DNA of 6,339 nucleotides from a virus (Duplodnaviria; Heunggongvirae; Uroviricota; Caudoviricetes): IMG/VR virus record IMGVR_UViG_2698536552_000012; one strand, 5' to 3'. Shown piece by piece: positions 6,111 to 6,339 of this stretch (position 1 is its first letter; each line of letters starts with the position of its first letter). The notes under the pieces were generated by a model. It saw only the letters and a program-made list of their open reading frames with translations, ran no database searches and was not told where the DNA came from. The position numbers and the translations under genes were made by a program.

Positions 6111-6229
6111 AACATGTCAGTGTGGTACATGGATATCGATACCATCGCCAATTATAAACTGGGCGGTGCACAGCAACATGATAGCGTACGCCTCGATCCG
6201 TGGGTGTTTATGTTCTCAGCAGGATATCG
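6111..6229 (+). pseudogene. ompW: 3-prime fragment of outer membrane protein W gene (last ~40 codons), cut off at both ends
   Basis: Translation NMSVWYMDIDTIANYKLGGAQQHDSVRLDPWVFMFSAGYR matches the C-terminus of E. coli OmpW (...VNMSVWYMDIDTTANYKLGGAQQHDSVRLDPWVFMFSAGYRF) as recalled from memory. An in-frame TAA (6108-6110) lies immediately upstream, so the rest of the gene is absent. The final Phe codon and stop are displaced by the IS1 end. Confidence 0.6.
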
Positions 6230-6339
6230 GGTAATGACTCCAACTTATTGATAGTGTTTTATGTTCAGATAATGCCCGATGACTTTGTCATGCAGCTCCA
6301 CCGATTTTGAGAACGACAGCGACTTCCGTCCCAGCCGTG
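6230..6339 (-). mobile_element. IS1 insertion sequence, terminal ~110 bp (inverted repeat plus 3-prime end of insB), continuing beyond the window
   Basis: ggtaatgactccaacttattgatagtgttttatgttcagataatgcccgatgactttgtcatgcagctccaccgattttgagaacgacagcgacttccgtcccagccgtg is the reverse complement of the IS1 right end as I recall it. The insB stop (TAA on the minus strand) is at 6245-6247, and the insB C-terminus ...[16 protein letters not shown] is encoded on the minus strand. Confidence 0.85.

Noticed and set aside
1-6339. CRISPR arrays, tRNA or rRNA genes
   Set aside because: No direct-repeat/spacer periodicity and no tRNA-like or rRNA-like sequence was recognised by eye. The only periodic repeats are the coding LRR units.

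Overview
This window reads as the tail-fiber end of a decayed lambdoid-type prophage in a Shigella/EIEC-like enterobacterial chromosome, not as a clearly novel system. All protein and element identifications are from reading the translations and from memory of the families; no search was run. Five N-runs (1905-2155, 2743-2968, 3677-3917, 4479-4639, 5196-5446) hide about 18% of the window, including several gene junctions. Left to right: (1) a Mu G / P1 C / e14 P-type invertible tail-fiber module: tail-fiber tip ORF and tail fiber assembly gene on the + strand, a second assembly gene and a longer tail-fiber variable region on the - strand, then a gix/hix-like crossover site at 2374-2399 and a Pin/Gin-family invertase gene. 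The module looks inactivated: the invertase has three in-frame stops and is truncated, the minus-strand fibre carries an in-frame amber codon, and no convincing partner crossover site is visible. (2) An ipaH-family LRR effector gene (N-terminal part only) on the - strand with a perfect MxiE box upstream. (3) A class I SAM-dependent methyltransferase, a small unknown ORF and a Rha-like regulator, all partly hidden by N-runs. (4) An A-tract-rich non-coding stretch ending at a 3-prime fragment of ompW, which is itself interrupted in its last codons by an IS1 end. The least characterised part is the methyltransferase-containing cargo block.
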